Below, piece after piece: positions 29,662-39,120 of a stretch of DNA of 64,000 nucleotides. The stretch spans positions 5,280,001 to 5,344,000 of the forward strand of contig CAWDXG010000004.1 of the NCBI GenBank assembly GCA_963806225.1. Direction: 5' to 3'. The stretch comes from an uncultured delta proteobacterium. GTDB taxonomy: Bacteria; Myxococcota_A; Polyangia; Polyangiales; Polyangiaceae. Numbering within the stretch: position 1 is the first letter of the stretch; the number at the start of each line of letters is the position of its first letter. The position numbers were made by a program, and so were the translations under genes. Below the pieces are notes generated by a model. It was not told the DNA's origin. It saw only the letters and a list, made by a program, of their open reading frames with translations, and ran no database searches.

Positions 29662-31272
29662 ATGACCGCGAACAGCCCGTCCACTTCCGTGCCCGCCTCG
29701 CTGGATGTTGCCATTCTGGGTGGCGGCTTCGCTGGCAACCTGGTCGCCCGGCAGCTCACGCGAGCGCGCCCGGGGCTCGACATCGGAGTGTTCGAGCGAG
29801 CGGCCGAGCGCTTGGGCAAGGTCGGGGAGTCGGTCGTCGAGCTCGGCTCCCACTACCTGATCAAGCGTCTCGGTCTTTCGGGCTACCTGTACCAGCATCA
29901 TCTGCCGAAGAACGGGCTGCGCTTCTTCTTCGACACGCCAGAGAAGGACGCCGAGCTCGAGGCGATGAGCGAGATCGGATCGACGGCCCTGCCGTACCTC
30001 CCGTCCTTCCAGATCGATCGCGCGCGCATGGAAGCCGACCTGCTCGAGATGAATCGGAGCGCGGGCGTGCAGGTGCTCTGCCCCGCCAAGGTGCACAACC
30101 TCGAGATGTCCACCGGTGACGAGCCTCATCGCTTCGACGTGAAGGTCGGCGAACAGGTCCATACGGTGCGAGCGCGCTGGCTCATCGACGCCAGCGGGCG
30201 GACCAGCCTGGTCGCCCGCGCCAGGGGTCTGCGCGTCGATGCGGAGCATCCGATGGCGGCGGTGTGGGGGCGCTTCCGCGGGGTCGTGGATCTGGACAGC
30301 CTAGGCTCGCCGGCATTCCGCGAGCGCGTGCAGCACACCAGCCGCGTGCTGTCGACGAACCACTTCTGCTACCCCGGCTACTGGATCTGGTTCATCCCGC
30401 TTCGCGAAGGCGTCACCAGCGTGGGAGTGGTGATCGAGCCCGAGGCATTCGACGACGCCTGGAGGAGCGGGGAAGGGTTCCGCCAATTCCTCGACGGCCA
30501 CAAAGCCGTCTCCCGGTTGCTCGAGCACGCCGAGATGATCGATGTGCTGAGCTACGGACCGTTCACCTACGGCACGAAGCGGTTCTTCGACGGCGCCGAG
30601 CGCTTTGGGCTGGTCGGCGAGGCCGCGGTTGCCGCCGACCCGCTCTACAGTCCCGGCACCGACTTCATCGCGATGGAGAACGACTTCATAACGGACCTGA
30701 TCCTGCGCGACTTTGCCGGCGAGGCTCCCGACGCGATCGTAGAGCGCGCCGATCTCTACGACGGCTTCATGCAGTACCGCTTCGACAGCACCATGCGCCT
30801 GTACAGGAAGCTGTACGGCACGCTGGGCAGCTACGATCTGCTCGGCCTCAAGTGGGACTTCGACATCGCGAGCTACTACAACCTCTGGGTCGAGCCCTAC
30901 ATGCTCGATCGCCACCTGGATGCGGATTACCTGAAGGCCCAGCTGCGTCTGCGCAGGATGGTACCGACCGTCATCGAGAGCTTTGCCAAGCTGTTCGGAC
31001 AGGTGGAACGCCATCTGTGCGCGCAGGGCAGCTACTACGAGCACAACCTGGGCGCCTTCAGACGGCCGTTTTCGACGATGGCCGAGCACGAACATCTCGG
31101 CGAGGCGGAGTCCGCGGAGCAGTCCCTCGAGCGCGCCGAGAAGGCCTTTCACGCGGTCCGCATGCGCGCGCTGGAGCTCCTCGGCCGCGCGGATCTCGTC
31201 GCCGGGGCGAAGCAGCTTCCAATGCGCCACTTCATGTTGGGCCGCCCGGTACTGCCGGAGCTCGAAGCGTAG
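29662..31272 (+). CDS. Flavin-dependent halogenase-like oxidoreductase
   Basis: GGGFAG, KVGES, PKNG, DASGR, WIWFIP (WxWxIP), DPLYSPG. Confidence 0.8.
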   Translation: MTANSPSTSVPASLDVAILGGGFAGNLVARQLTRARPGLDIGVFERAAERLGKVGESVVELGSHYLIKRLGLSGYLYQHHLPKNGLRFFFDTPEKDAELEAMSEIGSTALPYLPSFQIDRARMEADLLEMNRSAGVQVLCPAKVHNLEMSTGDEPHRFDVKVGEQVHTVRARWLIDASGRTSLVARARGLRVDAEHPMAAVWGRFRGVVDLDSLGSPAFRERVQHTSRVLSTNHFCYPGYWIWFIPLREGVTSVGVVIEPEAFDDAWRSGEGFRQFLDGHKAVSRLLEHAEMIDVLSYGPFTYGTKRFFDGAERFGLVGEAAVAADPLYSPGTDFIAMENDFITDLILRDFAGEAPDAIVERADLYDGFMQYRFDSTMRLYRKLYGTLGSYDLLGLKWDFDIASYYNLWVEPYMLDRHLDADYLKAQLRLRRMVPTVIESFAKLFGQVERHLCAQGSYYEHNLGAFRRPFSTMAEHEHLGEAESAEQSLERAEKAFHAVRMRALELLGRADLVAGAKQLPMRHFMLGRPVLPELEA

Positions 31273-31341
31273 GCGTCTCGCGGCGCGTTCTTCGCCGGTC
31301 TCGAGCTCGTGCTGCTACGAGTCCAGGCCCGGCACGTCGTC

Positions 31342-32007
31342 TCAAGCAGGCGGCTCGGCGCAACGGTACGGCGCCGGACACGCGGTGCGACGTGCGTCGA
31401 TGCGCTTCCAGCTGGTGCGTCCGGTGATCTGCATCATCACGAACAGCGTGACGATGGCGCCGACGGTGATGGCGAGACCGGTGAAGCCCGTCCAGAAGAA
31501 CGAGAACGAGAACAGCACCAGGTAGATGAGCTGCGACAGGCCGAGCTCGCGCAGAGCGAAGCGCCAGCCCGTGAACAGCCGGGCGTAGCTGACCGAGAGC
31601 CCCACGCTCACGAGCGAGGCGATCGCGAAGGACGGCGCCAGCGCCACGTGATCGACCAGATAGGCGAACAAGAGGTGGAAAGCGAAGAACGAGCAGCCCA
31701 GGAAGAAGAAGCTCAGCGGATGGATCTCCTGCTCTGTCGCCACGCCAAGGATCGCTACCACGAAGAAGAACAGGAGCCCCACCGGCGCGAAGAACGCGAT
31801 GCGCGCGGCGACCGGTCCGGGGTCCACGCGTTTGGGCAGATCGACGCCGATGGGAGCGCTCGCGACCAGTGTCTTGAAGTCCCACTCGCCGTGCCAGTGC
31901 CCGTCGGCCGCGTGGTGTCGCGAGGGCGAGATGCTTGCTCCGTCCACGCCGGCTGCATGTTCCCGTCGCAGCGAGGAGCGGCTCCCGCTCCGCCCGGGAC
32001 GCTGCAT
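31342..32007 (-). pseudogene. C-terminal portion of a CreD-like inner membrane protein (apparently 5'-truncated)
   Basis: PGP-x-AARI-x-FFAP, HP-x2-F, FFAFHLLFAYL, G-x-TGL...MQITG membrane block; the first about 25 codons look non-coding. Confidence 0.5.
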
Positions 32008-32562
32008 CACGACACCGGTGTCAGCAGGACGACCGAGTAGCCGACGGCCTTCTTCCGCCCGCGGTTCGCGTAGGAGTGTCGCTGGTCGCCTCGGAAGACC
32101 ACGACGTCCCCCTCGGCCAGGCGCCAGGTTTCGCCGGCGGCTACCAGCTCGAATCTCGCCGGTGTCGCAGGTCAGGTACTCGCGCGTTCCGGGGGTGTGC
32201 GGCACGCCAATCAGGCGCGAACCGGACGGCAGCTCCAGCCGTTCGATCAGCGTCCCGGGCAGATTGTCAGGGAGCAGCGTGCGAACCTGCACCTGGCCGC
32301 GGCTACGGGAGGGCAGCGAGCCCCGGGGATAGTGCTTCACGTCGGCGCGGGGAGCCGCCACCAGCTCCTCGAGCGAGACCTGCAGTGCCAGCGCCACGCG
32401 GTGCAGCACGGCCAGGGTGGGGTTTGCGGCGCCCGACTCGATGTTGGCCCAGGTTGCCCGCGGCAGGCCGGACAGTCTCGCCATCTGCTGCTGGGTCGCG
32501 CCGCGTGTGTCCCGCAACTGCTTGACGTTCTTTGCGAGCCGCTCCGGCAGGTCCTCCGCCAT
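32007..32562 (-). CDS. XRE-family HTH + cupin transcriptional regulator (frameshift near 32152)
   Basis: TQQQMARLSG...IESG-x-ANPT; PHTPGTREY. Removing one base from GAGATTCGAG restores GEIEL...GDVVVFRGDQRHSY-x-N ending at TGA 32007. Confidence 0.85.
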
Positions 32563-32632
32563 GAATGCGATTTGTCGACACGTTGTCCGGAAAGTCAACG
32601 CGCTGGCGAATCGGGCGGCGGTGACGCTGCGC

Positions 32633-34517
32633 CTACTTCTTCATCGTAGGCGGTGGCAGCGGATCCGGAGGCGGAGGCGGAGGCGGCCTCTTCCGCGTCG
32701 TCGGCGGCGGGGGCGGGTCGGGTGGCGGCAGGACGATCGAGCCGGCGTCGGCGCTCGACTCCGGTGGCGGCTGGGCGAACTGGCGGCCGCTCTTCGTCGG
32801 CTGGCCCTTCTGCGCGCTGGCATCCTCGTGCAGGCTCGGCGGCGGTAGCGGATCCGGCGGAGGCGGGGGAGGGATCGGATCGCACGCCAGCGGGGACAGT
32901 GCGATAGCCGCGGCCGCGGCGGCGGTCCAGCGCAGTGTGGGACGGGGACGCGACGCGCCCCGCGCGGCCGAGAGGATGGCGTGGCTTGCTTCGGCCACCT
33001 GGGCTTCGAGCGCGCGGTCGGCGCGCGCCACTTCTTCGGCGGTCAGCTGGGCAAACTCCTGGAAGGCCTGCGGATCCTCCGCGCGCGGAGACGCTGCGAA
33101 TTCCACGATGTCCTGCATGCGCGCGACCGCGTCGCGATTGACGCGCTCGATCGTGGCGACGGCACGGCGCCGGAGGCTGGAGGTCATCGACCGGGGATAG
33201 AACTGCTTGAGCAGGTGCAGGTAGTAGCCGAGCGACAGGTTCGAGTTCATCAGCCCGTCACAGCGGAAGTTCCGGTCGAGGAACGCCTTGGCGAAGACGC
33301 GGAACGCGCGCTCGGCCGCCGGATCGGCGATCTCGTAGTCCCAGCCGAACACATCGCCGATGAGCCGGCCTTCGCGGGCGAGCTTCGTGTGGAGCGGCGT
33401 GCCGGGATAGATCTCCGTGCGGCAGAAGTTCATCGGCACGTCGGCGTTGGCCCGGAGAAACGAAAGGCTCTGCCGCAGCGACGCGATGCTCGTCTGCGGA
33501 TCGAAGATCAGCATGTTGAAGCAGGCGTAGATGTCGCGGCGGCGCAGGAAGTCGAGCGCCCGCTGGTTGGCTTCGATGTCCACGCCGCGCCCGAGCGTCT
33601 TGAGCCCCTGCGAGCTCCCGGCCTCGATGCCGATGTACACGCGGAGCAGCCCGATCTCGTGCAGAACGGCGGAAGACGTCCTCGTCCAGGTCGTCGGGGC
33701 GCGCCTTGAGCACTAGCGCCACGTCGTCCACGCCGCGGGCGCCGAGCGCGTCGCGCAGCGCCGTGACGCGGCCCAGGTCACGCTCGTGGTTGCGCGTGAA
33801 GAAGTCGTCGTCGTGGAACACGAGCATCCGCGCGCCCCGCTCGCGCCGGAGCAGCGCGATCTCGTCGGCGATGTTGTCCGCGCTGCGCTCGCGGTAGCGC
33901 GCTCCGCCCGCGTCGTTGATGTAGGCGTTGATGCAGCAGAACGTGCAGTTGCCGTAGCAGCCGCGGCTGCCCACCACGAAGGCCGCCGGGATCCCCATGT
34001 GCAGCTGTGGCTCGCCGACACGTTTCGGAAAGCGCACGGCATCGAGATCGTCGATGAGCGCGCGCGTCGGCGCGACGTGGAGGCTGCCGTCCGCCTTGCG
34101 ATGCACCAGCCCCGCGATGCCGTCGACGGCGGCGCGCGCCTCGAGCCGCCCGCAGAGCTCCGGCAGCGTGAGCTCGCCTTCGTGTCGCACCACGCTGTCG
34201 AGGGCGGGGTAGCGCTCGAGCACCTCGCGGTAGGCGAAGGTCGGGAAGTGCCCGCCCGCGGTGATGTGGCCGGCGTAGCCCGCCGCGCGCAGATCCGTTG
34301 CGAGCTGGCCGAACTCCTCGGCGCGTCGCTGGAACGTCATCGACAGACCGACCAGATCGGGCCGATAGCGCGCTACCGCCCGCGCGACTCCGGCCGTGTC
34401 GTCGACCCCGGAGAACGCGGCCAGCTCCGTCTCGTGTCCTTCCGCTTCCAGCGCCGACGCCAGGTAGCGGATCGCCAGGTTCTCCTCGAGCTCCGAACCC
34501 ACCAAGAGCACACGCAT
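32633..34517 (-). CDS. Cobalamin-binding radical SAM protein with C-terminal signal-like/Pro-rich tail (frameshift near 33670)
   Basis: GGGAGG RBS; B12-binding domain (PDLVGLS, AGGHFPT, HEGE); SRGCYGNCTFC; FHDDDF; after the shift YIGIE and YPGTPL. Confidence 0.88.
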
Positions 34518-34549
34518 CACGCACCTCCCGCGAAAGCCGCGAAGTCCGA

Positions 34550-34565
34550 AGCATTTGCCGTGCCC
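34550..34565 (-). promoter_or_regulatory. Putative sigma-54 promoter of the radical SAM gene
   Basis: Minus strand GGGCACGGCAAATGCT (GG-N10-GC) just upstream of the RBS. Confidence 0.55.
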
Positions 34566-34591
34566 CGGGTCCGGTGTCGTGATTCCCCTGA

Positions 34592-35248
34592 CTATTCCGG
34601 TCGGGCGAGAGCCGGATTCGCGTAAAGGTTGCGTTGTCGGCTGTGCTGCGCGCTGCGATTGCCCGAACGGCTCGCCCGGATATGCCACAGCGCGTACGCC
34701 GACAGCCCCGCCACGGCGCCGAGCACGTGTGCGGCAGGCAGCAGCCGCACGTCGTGTCCGAGGTCAGGTGCCAGGATGGCTTGACCGACGACAAGTTCGT
34801 ATCCGAGCTTCGCGATGTAGGCGACGACGGCAATCCCGACGAGCGCTGGCGCGCCGCGCAGGCGCCGGATGCGCGACGACGTGCCGAGCACGCACAGCAC
34901 CATCGTGGCAAGCGCGAGATCCACGCCGGACAGTCCGCGGTAGTGCGTGACCGCCGGGCAGAACAAGAGGATGCCGGGGCCGATGGCGGCGAGCGACAGC
35001 AGCACGCCGCCGAGCAGCAGTCGTCGCGAGCGCGCCTCGATGATGGCGGCCCAGCCGGAGAACCCGAGGATGTCGCCGAGGGCGTGGGCGGGGCCGTAGT
35101 GCACGAACTGCCCTGTCACCACGCGCCACCACTGCCCGCCCAGCACAGCGGCGCGATCGAGCTCGAACGCTCCGCGCGACCCGAGACCCACCGCCAGCAG
35201 GGCGAGCAGCAGGGTGAGCCACGGGCCGCGGCGGAGCAGCGCCTTCAT
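34592..35248 (-). CDS. rrtA: Rhombosortase (rhomboid-family protease)
   Basis: DR-x-AV-x2-GQWWR-x2-TG-x2-VH, YRGLSG catalytic Ser, AAHVLG; ATGA-coupled to a GlyGly-CTERM gene. Confidence 0.82.
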   Translation of the reverse strand: MKALLRRGPWLTLLLALLAVGLGSRGAFELDRAAVLGGQWWRVVTGQFVHYGPAHALGDILGFSGWAAIIEARSRRLLLGGVLLSLAAIGPGILLFCPAVTHYRGLSGVDLALATMVLCVLGTSSRIRRLRGAPALVGIAVVAYIAKLGYELVVGQAILAPDLGHDVRLLPAAHVLGAVAGLSAYALWHIRASRSGNRSAQHSRQRNLYANPALARPE

Positions 35249-37191
35249 GCCGCGTCCTTCCGCTTGCGGCGATCCAGCGACGAAACGACCCCGAGTCCCA
35301 GTGCGAGGAACGCGAACAGGGCGAGCAGCACCGGGTCGACGGCGCCGCCCGAGTACAGCGGGCCACTGCTGGACCCCGAGCTGCTCGAACCACCGCTCGA
35401 GCTCCCACTGCGTCTGCCGTCGTCTTCCACGCCGTACTGCTTCAGCGTCTTGTCGTCGACGACGATCATCGCCGTGTAGTCGGTAACCAGCTGGTAGTCG
35501 ACGCCGAGCTCGGTGATGCGCGCCTTCGCGTCGGCATCGGAGATCATTCCGAGCAGGTTCTCGCGCTCGATGGCGTGCACCATGTCGAGTGCCCAGAGTT
35601 GCTGGATCTCCGGGTTGTCGGTGTCCCTTGCCGGAAGGTCGACCGCATCATCGATCGAGACGGGTCCCTTGCCGCTGGCGCGGGCGGAGAGCTTCAGTTG
35701 GGCGACGCCGGGCTGGGCATAGCGCCCGAACAGCACGAGCTGCTGTCCCTGGTAGATCTTGGTCAGGCAGAAGTCGGTCGTATCCGAGACGCCGTCGCCG
35801 GAGATCTGGAGCTTCACGTCGCGCAGCGCCTGGTGGGTGGCCTTGTCGAACGCGAGCTGGGTCTGGGTGGCGATGTCGTCCTGGTTCGAGACCTGCGCGT
35901 AGAACCCGCCCGAGGCCTCGGTGAGGATGCGCATGAGCGGCCAGTTCGCGTTGTTGCCCATCAGCATCCCGTAGATGCGGATGTCGTCCTGTCGCATCAG
36001 CTGGTCGAACGCGGCCGGCTCCAGGATGCCCTCGTTGGTCTCCGCGTCGGTCACCAGGAAGGTGGAGACCACGCGATCGGAATCGAGGTTCTTCAGGCCT
36101 TCCATCAGGCCGCCGTACAGGTTCGTGCCGCCTTCGACCGCCAGCCCCTGCACCCGGGAGCTGACCATCGCGACGTTGGCTGCCGTCGCGTCGAGCCAAC
36201 CGCCGGAGATGTCGTGTGTGCCGTCGCTGAAGGTGATGACGCGGAAACGGTCCGTCGCCTTCAGCTTGGCGAGCGCCTCGACGACGGCGTTGATGAGCGT
36301 GTCGAGCTTGCTCTCCATGCTCCCCGACACGTCCAGCACGAACACGTAGTTGCTGCCGCCGGTGATCGAACCGAGATCGATCCCCGGCGTGAGGATCATC
36401 ATGAACGTCCCTTTGCCGGACCCGTCGCGGTAGGGCACGAAGTCGAGCCGCTGGTGCTGGTTGTTCTCGAAGCGGTAGTTGAAGACCAGATCCTTGCCGA
36501 GGCTGCCGGGTGACGCCGTGAGGCTCACGCGGTAGTGTCCCGCACCGAGCTTCGTCACGCTTGGGCTCAGCCCGGGCATGCTCACCTCGCTTATCGGCAG
36601 GGCGCTCTGGAGCTCGAGGTCGAAGCTGAACGTGCCCGTCACGTTCTGGTTGCCGGTCCAGGGCGTAGGCGACGTGCCGCCGTTCTCGAGCGGATACAGG
36701 TAGCGCCCGACCGCGCCGCCGATTTCCAGCGGTTCGTAGTACACGAAGCTCATCTCTGCTTGCGAGTGCGCGGGGATATTCGCCACGGAGAAGCGGAAGT
36801 TCTGGTGGCCGTTCTTGGTGGCCAGCCCCGCCTGCTGCCCGGTGCTCTTCTGCTGGTCGTAGATCTTCTGGGCCTGGTCGCGCGGCAGCACCTTGCCGTT
36901 CATCACGCGGTCGCCGATCACGATCTTCATCTGCGAGAGCGCGGCGTTTTCCGGGATCGGAAACTCGTAGATGGCGTCGATCGGCGTGTCGTTCGTGTTC
37001 TTGAAGACCTGTGTCACCTTTGTGCGCGCGAAGCCGTTGTCCAGCACGACTTCCACATGGTGACTGACGATCTCGGCGTACGTGCCGCTCGCCGTGTCCT
37101 TCAGCGTTCCCGCGGCGTGTGCCGTCGCCGAAAGGCCGCACATCACCCACGCCGCGCAGCAGAGCGCGGCCAGAACAAGCTTCCAGCGCAT
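35245..37191 (-). CDS. VIT + vWA domain protein with GlyGly-CTERM-type sorting tail
   Basis: Signal ending AHA; VIT (ARTKVTQVF-x-N...YEFPIP); MIDAS DVSGSM, GGTN, VTD; tail SGGAVDP-TM-RRKRK. Confidence 0.9.
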   Translation of the reverse strand: MRWKLVLAALCCAAWVMCGLSATAHAAGTLKDTASGTYAEIVSHHVEVVLDNGFARTKVTQVFKNTNDTPIDAIYEFPIPENAALSQMKIVIGDRVMNGKVLPRDQAQKIYDQQKSTGQQAGLATKNGHQNFRFSVANIPAHSQAEMSFVYYEPLEIGGAVGRYLYPLENGGTSPTPWTGNQNVTGTFSFDLELQSALPISEVSMPGLSPSVTKLGAGHYRVSLTASPGSLGKDLVFNYRFENNQHQRLDFVPYRDGSGKGTFMMILTPGIDLGSITGGSNYVFVLDVSGSMESKLDTLINAVVEALAKLKATDRFRVITFSDGTHDISGGWLDATAANVAMVSSRVQGLAVEGGTNLYGGLMEGLKNLDSDRVVSTFLVTDAETNEGILEPAAFDQLMRQDDIRIYGMLMGNNANWPLMRILTEASGGFYAQVSNQDDIATQTQLAFDKATHQALRDVKLQISGDGVSDTTDFCLTKIYQGQQLVLFGRYAQPGVAQLKLSARASGKGPVSIDDAVDLPARDTDNPEIQQLWALDMVHAIERENLLGMISDADAKARITELGVDYQLVTDYTAMIVVDDKTLKQYGVEDDGRRSGSSSGGSSSSGSSSGPLYSGGAVDPVLLALFAFLALGLGVVSSLDRRKRKDAA

Positions 37192-37227
37192 ATCCCGACT
37201 CCTTGGAAATTGGTTGAACCAGCCCCT

Positions 37228-37243
37228 AGCAAGGCCTGTGCCG
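37228..37243 (-). promoter_or_regulatory. Putative sigma-54 promoter of the VIT-rhombosortase operon
   Basis: Minus strand CGGCACAGGCCTTGCT (GG-N10-GC) upstream of AAGGAG RBS. Confidence 0.6.
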
Positions 37244-37395
37244 CGTGCTGGAAATGACCAGGAAGTATCGAGAATTGTGCTGGAAACCCGAGACGCACCC
37301 CATTGCGGGAAGCCGTGTCACTGGGCGCGGCGTGCCGCGTGGCGTGCGCCGCGTGCAACACCGTGTGGCGCGTGCGGCCCGATGTGCGCGTCGGC

Positions 37396-38211
37396 TCAGC
37401 CCACCGGTCGTCCGATCGCGATCCGCGTTTCGAACGTACGCCAGCGCAGGCCCGACCAGCCGTAGGCACGCGGCGCGCCGGTATCCGGATCGGCGACGAT
37501 CAGGATCGTGCCGAAGCCGAAGCCATTCCGTCCTTCGCGGGTATCGTCATCGTGCAAGAGGTGCGTGGAATCGGCTACGCGCAACAGATACCCGTGCTCG
37601 ACCTCGGGTACCGGCAGCGGCGCAAGCACGATGAACGCGACGTGCCCGGTGTTCGGCGACTTGATGATCTTCGGCTTGATCCAGGCGATCACGTCTCCGG
37701 GTCTTGCGTCTTCCACGCGCTGGATCCGCTGCCAGCCGCCGCGGGCCTTGCCGAAAGGAACGCGCGCGATCCGGCGCTCGTAGTCGCGAGCCAGCGGGCG
37801 CCCGCCGAGGCCGGACGCGCTCGTTTCTTCCGCACGCGGCGCTGAGTGCCGTAGCGCCCAGGCCACGAACCCCGAGCAGTCGAAGGCGTACACGCCCTTC
37901 TTCTCGTCGACCTGGAAGCCGTGCGTGTACTTCGTCTCGGTCAGGGTGGCGGTCATGTGGCCGAGCAGGCGCATCACCGGGTTCGCGTCCCAGTCGATGT
38001 CTGCGTCGGATAGCCTCGGCGGGGGCGGCGGCGGATCCGGCGGCCTGTCGGTGGTGGAATGGGGGAGCAGCGGACGGGCGGGATCGGCGGGCGGCGCTAT
38101 GGGCGCTGGCGACGGCCGGGCAGCGGTCAGCGCGGGCTCGTGGCCGCATCCCGCGGCGGCGAACAGCCCGAGCGCGGCCAGAAGGCCGATCCTCTCGAGA
38201 CGTCGTCGCAT
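37396..38211 (-). CDS. NlpC/P60-CHAP-like Cys hydrolase lipoprotein
   Basis: Signal ending AAGC; Pro linker; FDCSGFV, RPGDVIAW, TGHV. Confidence 0.72.
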   Translation of the reverse strand: MRRRLERIGLLAALGLFAAAGCGHEPALTAARPSPAPIAPPADPARPLLPHSTTDRPPDPPPPPPRLSDADIDWDANPVMRLLGHMTATLTETKYTHGFQVDEKKGVYAFDCSGFVAWALRHSAPRAEETSASGLGGRPLARDYERRIARVPFGKARGGWQRIQRVEDARPGDVIAWIKPKIIKSPNTGHVAFIVLAPLPVPEVEHGYLLRVADSTHLLHDDDTREGRNGFGFGTILIVADPDTGAPRAYGWSGLRWRTFETRIAIGRPVG

Positions 38212-38403
38212 GTGGATTTGTACGGCAGGCGGCATGGAGGCGTTCCCGCGCCGGCGGCGCCTGGATCCAGACACCGCCGCCACACGCCGGATTGGGTGGA
38301 AGTCGCTGCGCCTGCCAGCCGAGTAGTCATCCGCCAACAGATTGGCGCCAGAGACAACATCCTGTCCGACGGGGCCCATGCTGGCTGGCATGGAGGTGCT
38401 CAC

Positions 38404-39120
38404 ATGAAGCTTCAAGGAAAGTCCGCATTGGTGACCGGCGCGAGCCGGGGTCTCGGGGCCGCGCTGGCGCGGCGATTGGCAGAACGCGGTGCGCGCGTGG
38501 TGGGCGTGGCGCGCGGCCGCGAAGCGCTCGAAACCGTCGTGGAGTCGATCCGCGCAGGGGGGCACGAGGCCCACGCCCTGGTCGCCGACCTCGGCGACAA
38601 GGCCGCCATCCACCGCGTCGCCGGTGCCGCGGCGGAGCTCGCGGGCCCCATCGACCTCCTGGTGCACAACGCCAGCGAGCTCGGCCCGACGCCGCTCAGA
38701 CTGCTGCTCGACACGGAATGCGAGGACCTGTCGCGCGTGCTCGAGGTGAACCTGCTCGGGCCGTTCCGGCTCACCAAGGCCGTGGCCGGGTCGATGGCGC
38801 TGCGCGGCGGCGGGCTGGTCGTGCACCTGAGCTCGGACGCCGCCGTCAACGCCTACCCTACGTGGGGCGCCTACTCGGTGTCGAAGGCGGCGCTCGATCA
38901 CCTGACGCGGCTCTGGGCCGTCGAGCTCGCCGGGCTCGGCGTGCGTGTGCTCTCGGTCGACCCGGGCGATATGGACACCGCCATGCACGTCGCGGCGATC
39001 CCCGACGCTGACCCGTCCGGGCTCGCCGAGCCCGACGCCGTCGCGGTGCGCCTCGTCTCGATGATCGAGACGAACGACGGCCTGGAGAGCGGATCGCGCA
39101 TCGAGCTGGGGGCGGCGTGA
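38404..39120 (+). CDS. SDR family oxidoreductase
   Basis: GGAGG RBS; TGASRGLG, HNAS, YSVSK, DPGDMDT. Confidence 0.92.
   Translation: MKLQGKSALVTGASRGLGAALARRLAERGARVVGVARGREALETVVESIRAGGHEAHALVADLGDKAAIHRVAGAAAELAGPIDLLVHNASELGPTPLRLLLDTECEDLSRVLEVNLLGPFRLTKAVAGSMALRGGGLVVHLSSDAAVNAYPTWGAYSVSKAALDHLTRLWAVELAGLGVRVLSVDPGDMDTAMHVAAIPDADPSGLAEPDAVAVRLVSMIETNDGLESGSRIELGAA

Noticed and set aside
31342..32598. 418-aa HTH-cupin-membrane fusion in the ORF track
   Set aside because: Artefact of the extra base near 32152; the regulator ends at TGA 32007 in another frame.
28969..34517. A single biosynthetic cluster joining cytochrome, halogenase, regulator and radical SAM genes
   Set aside because: Mixed orientations, no scaffold-building enzyme or transporter, and an intervening truncated gene.
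37990..38100. PPDPPPPPP linker in the NlpC/P60-like lipoprotein as a trans substrate of the radical SAM enzyme
   Set aside because: A single occurrence in a generic Pro-rich linker is too weak without homolog evidence.
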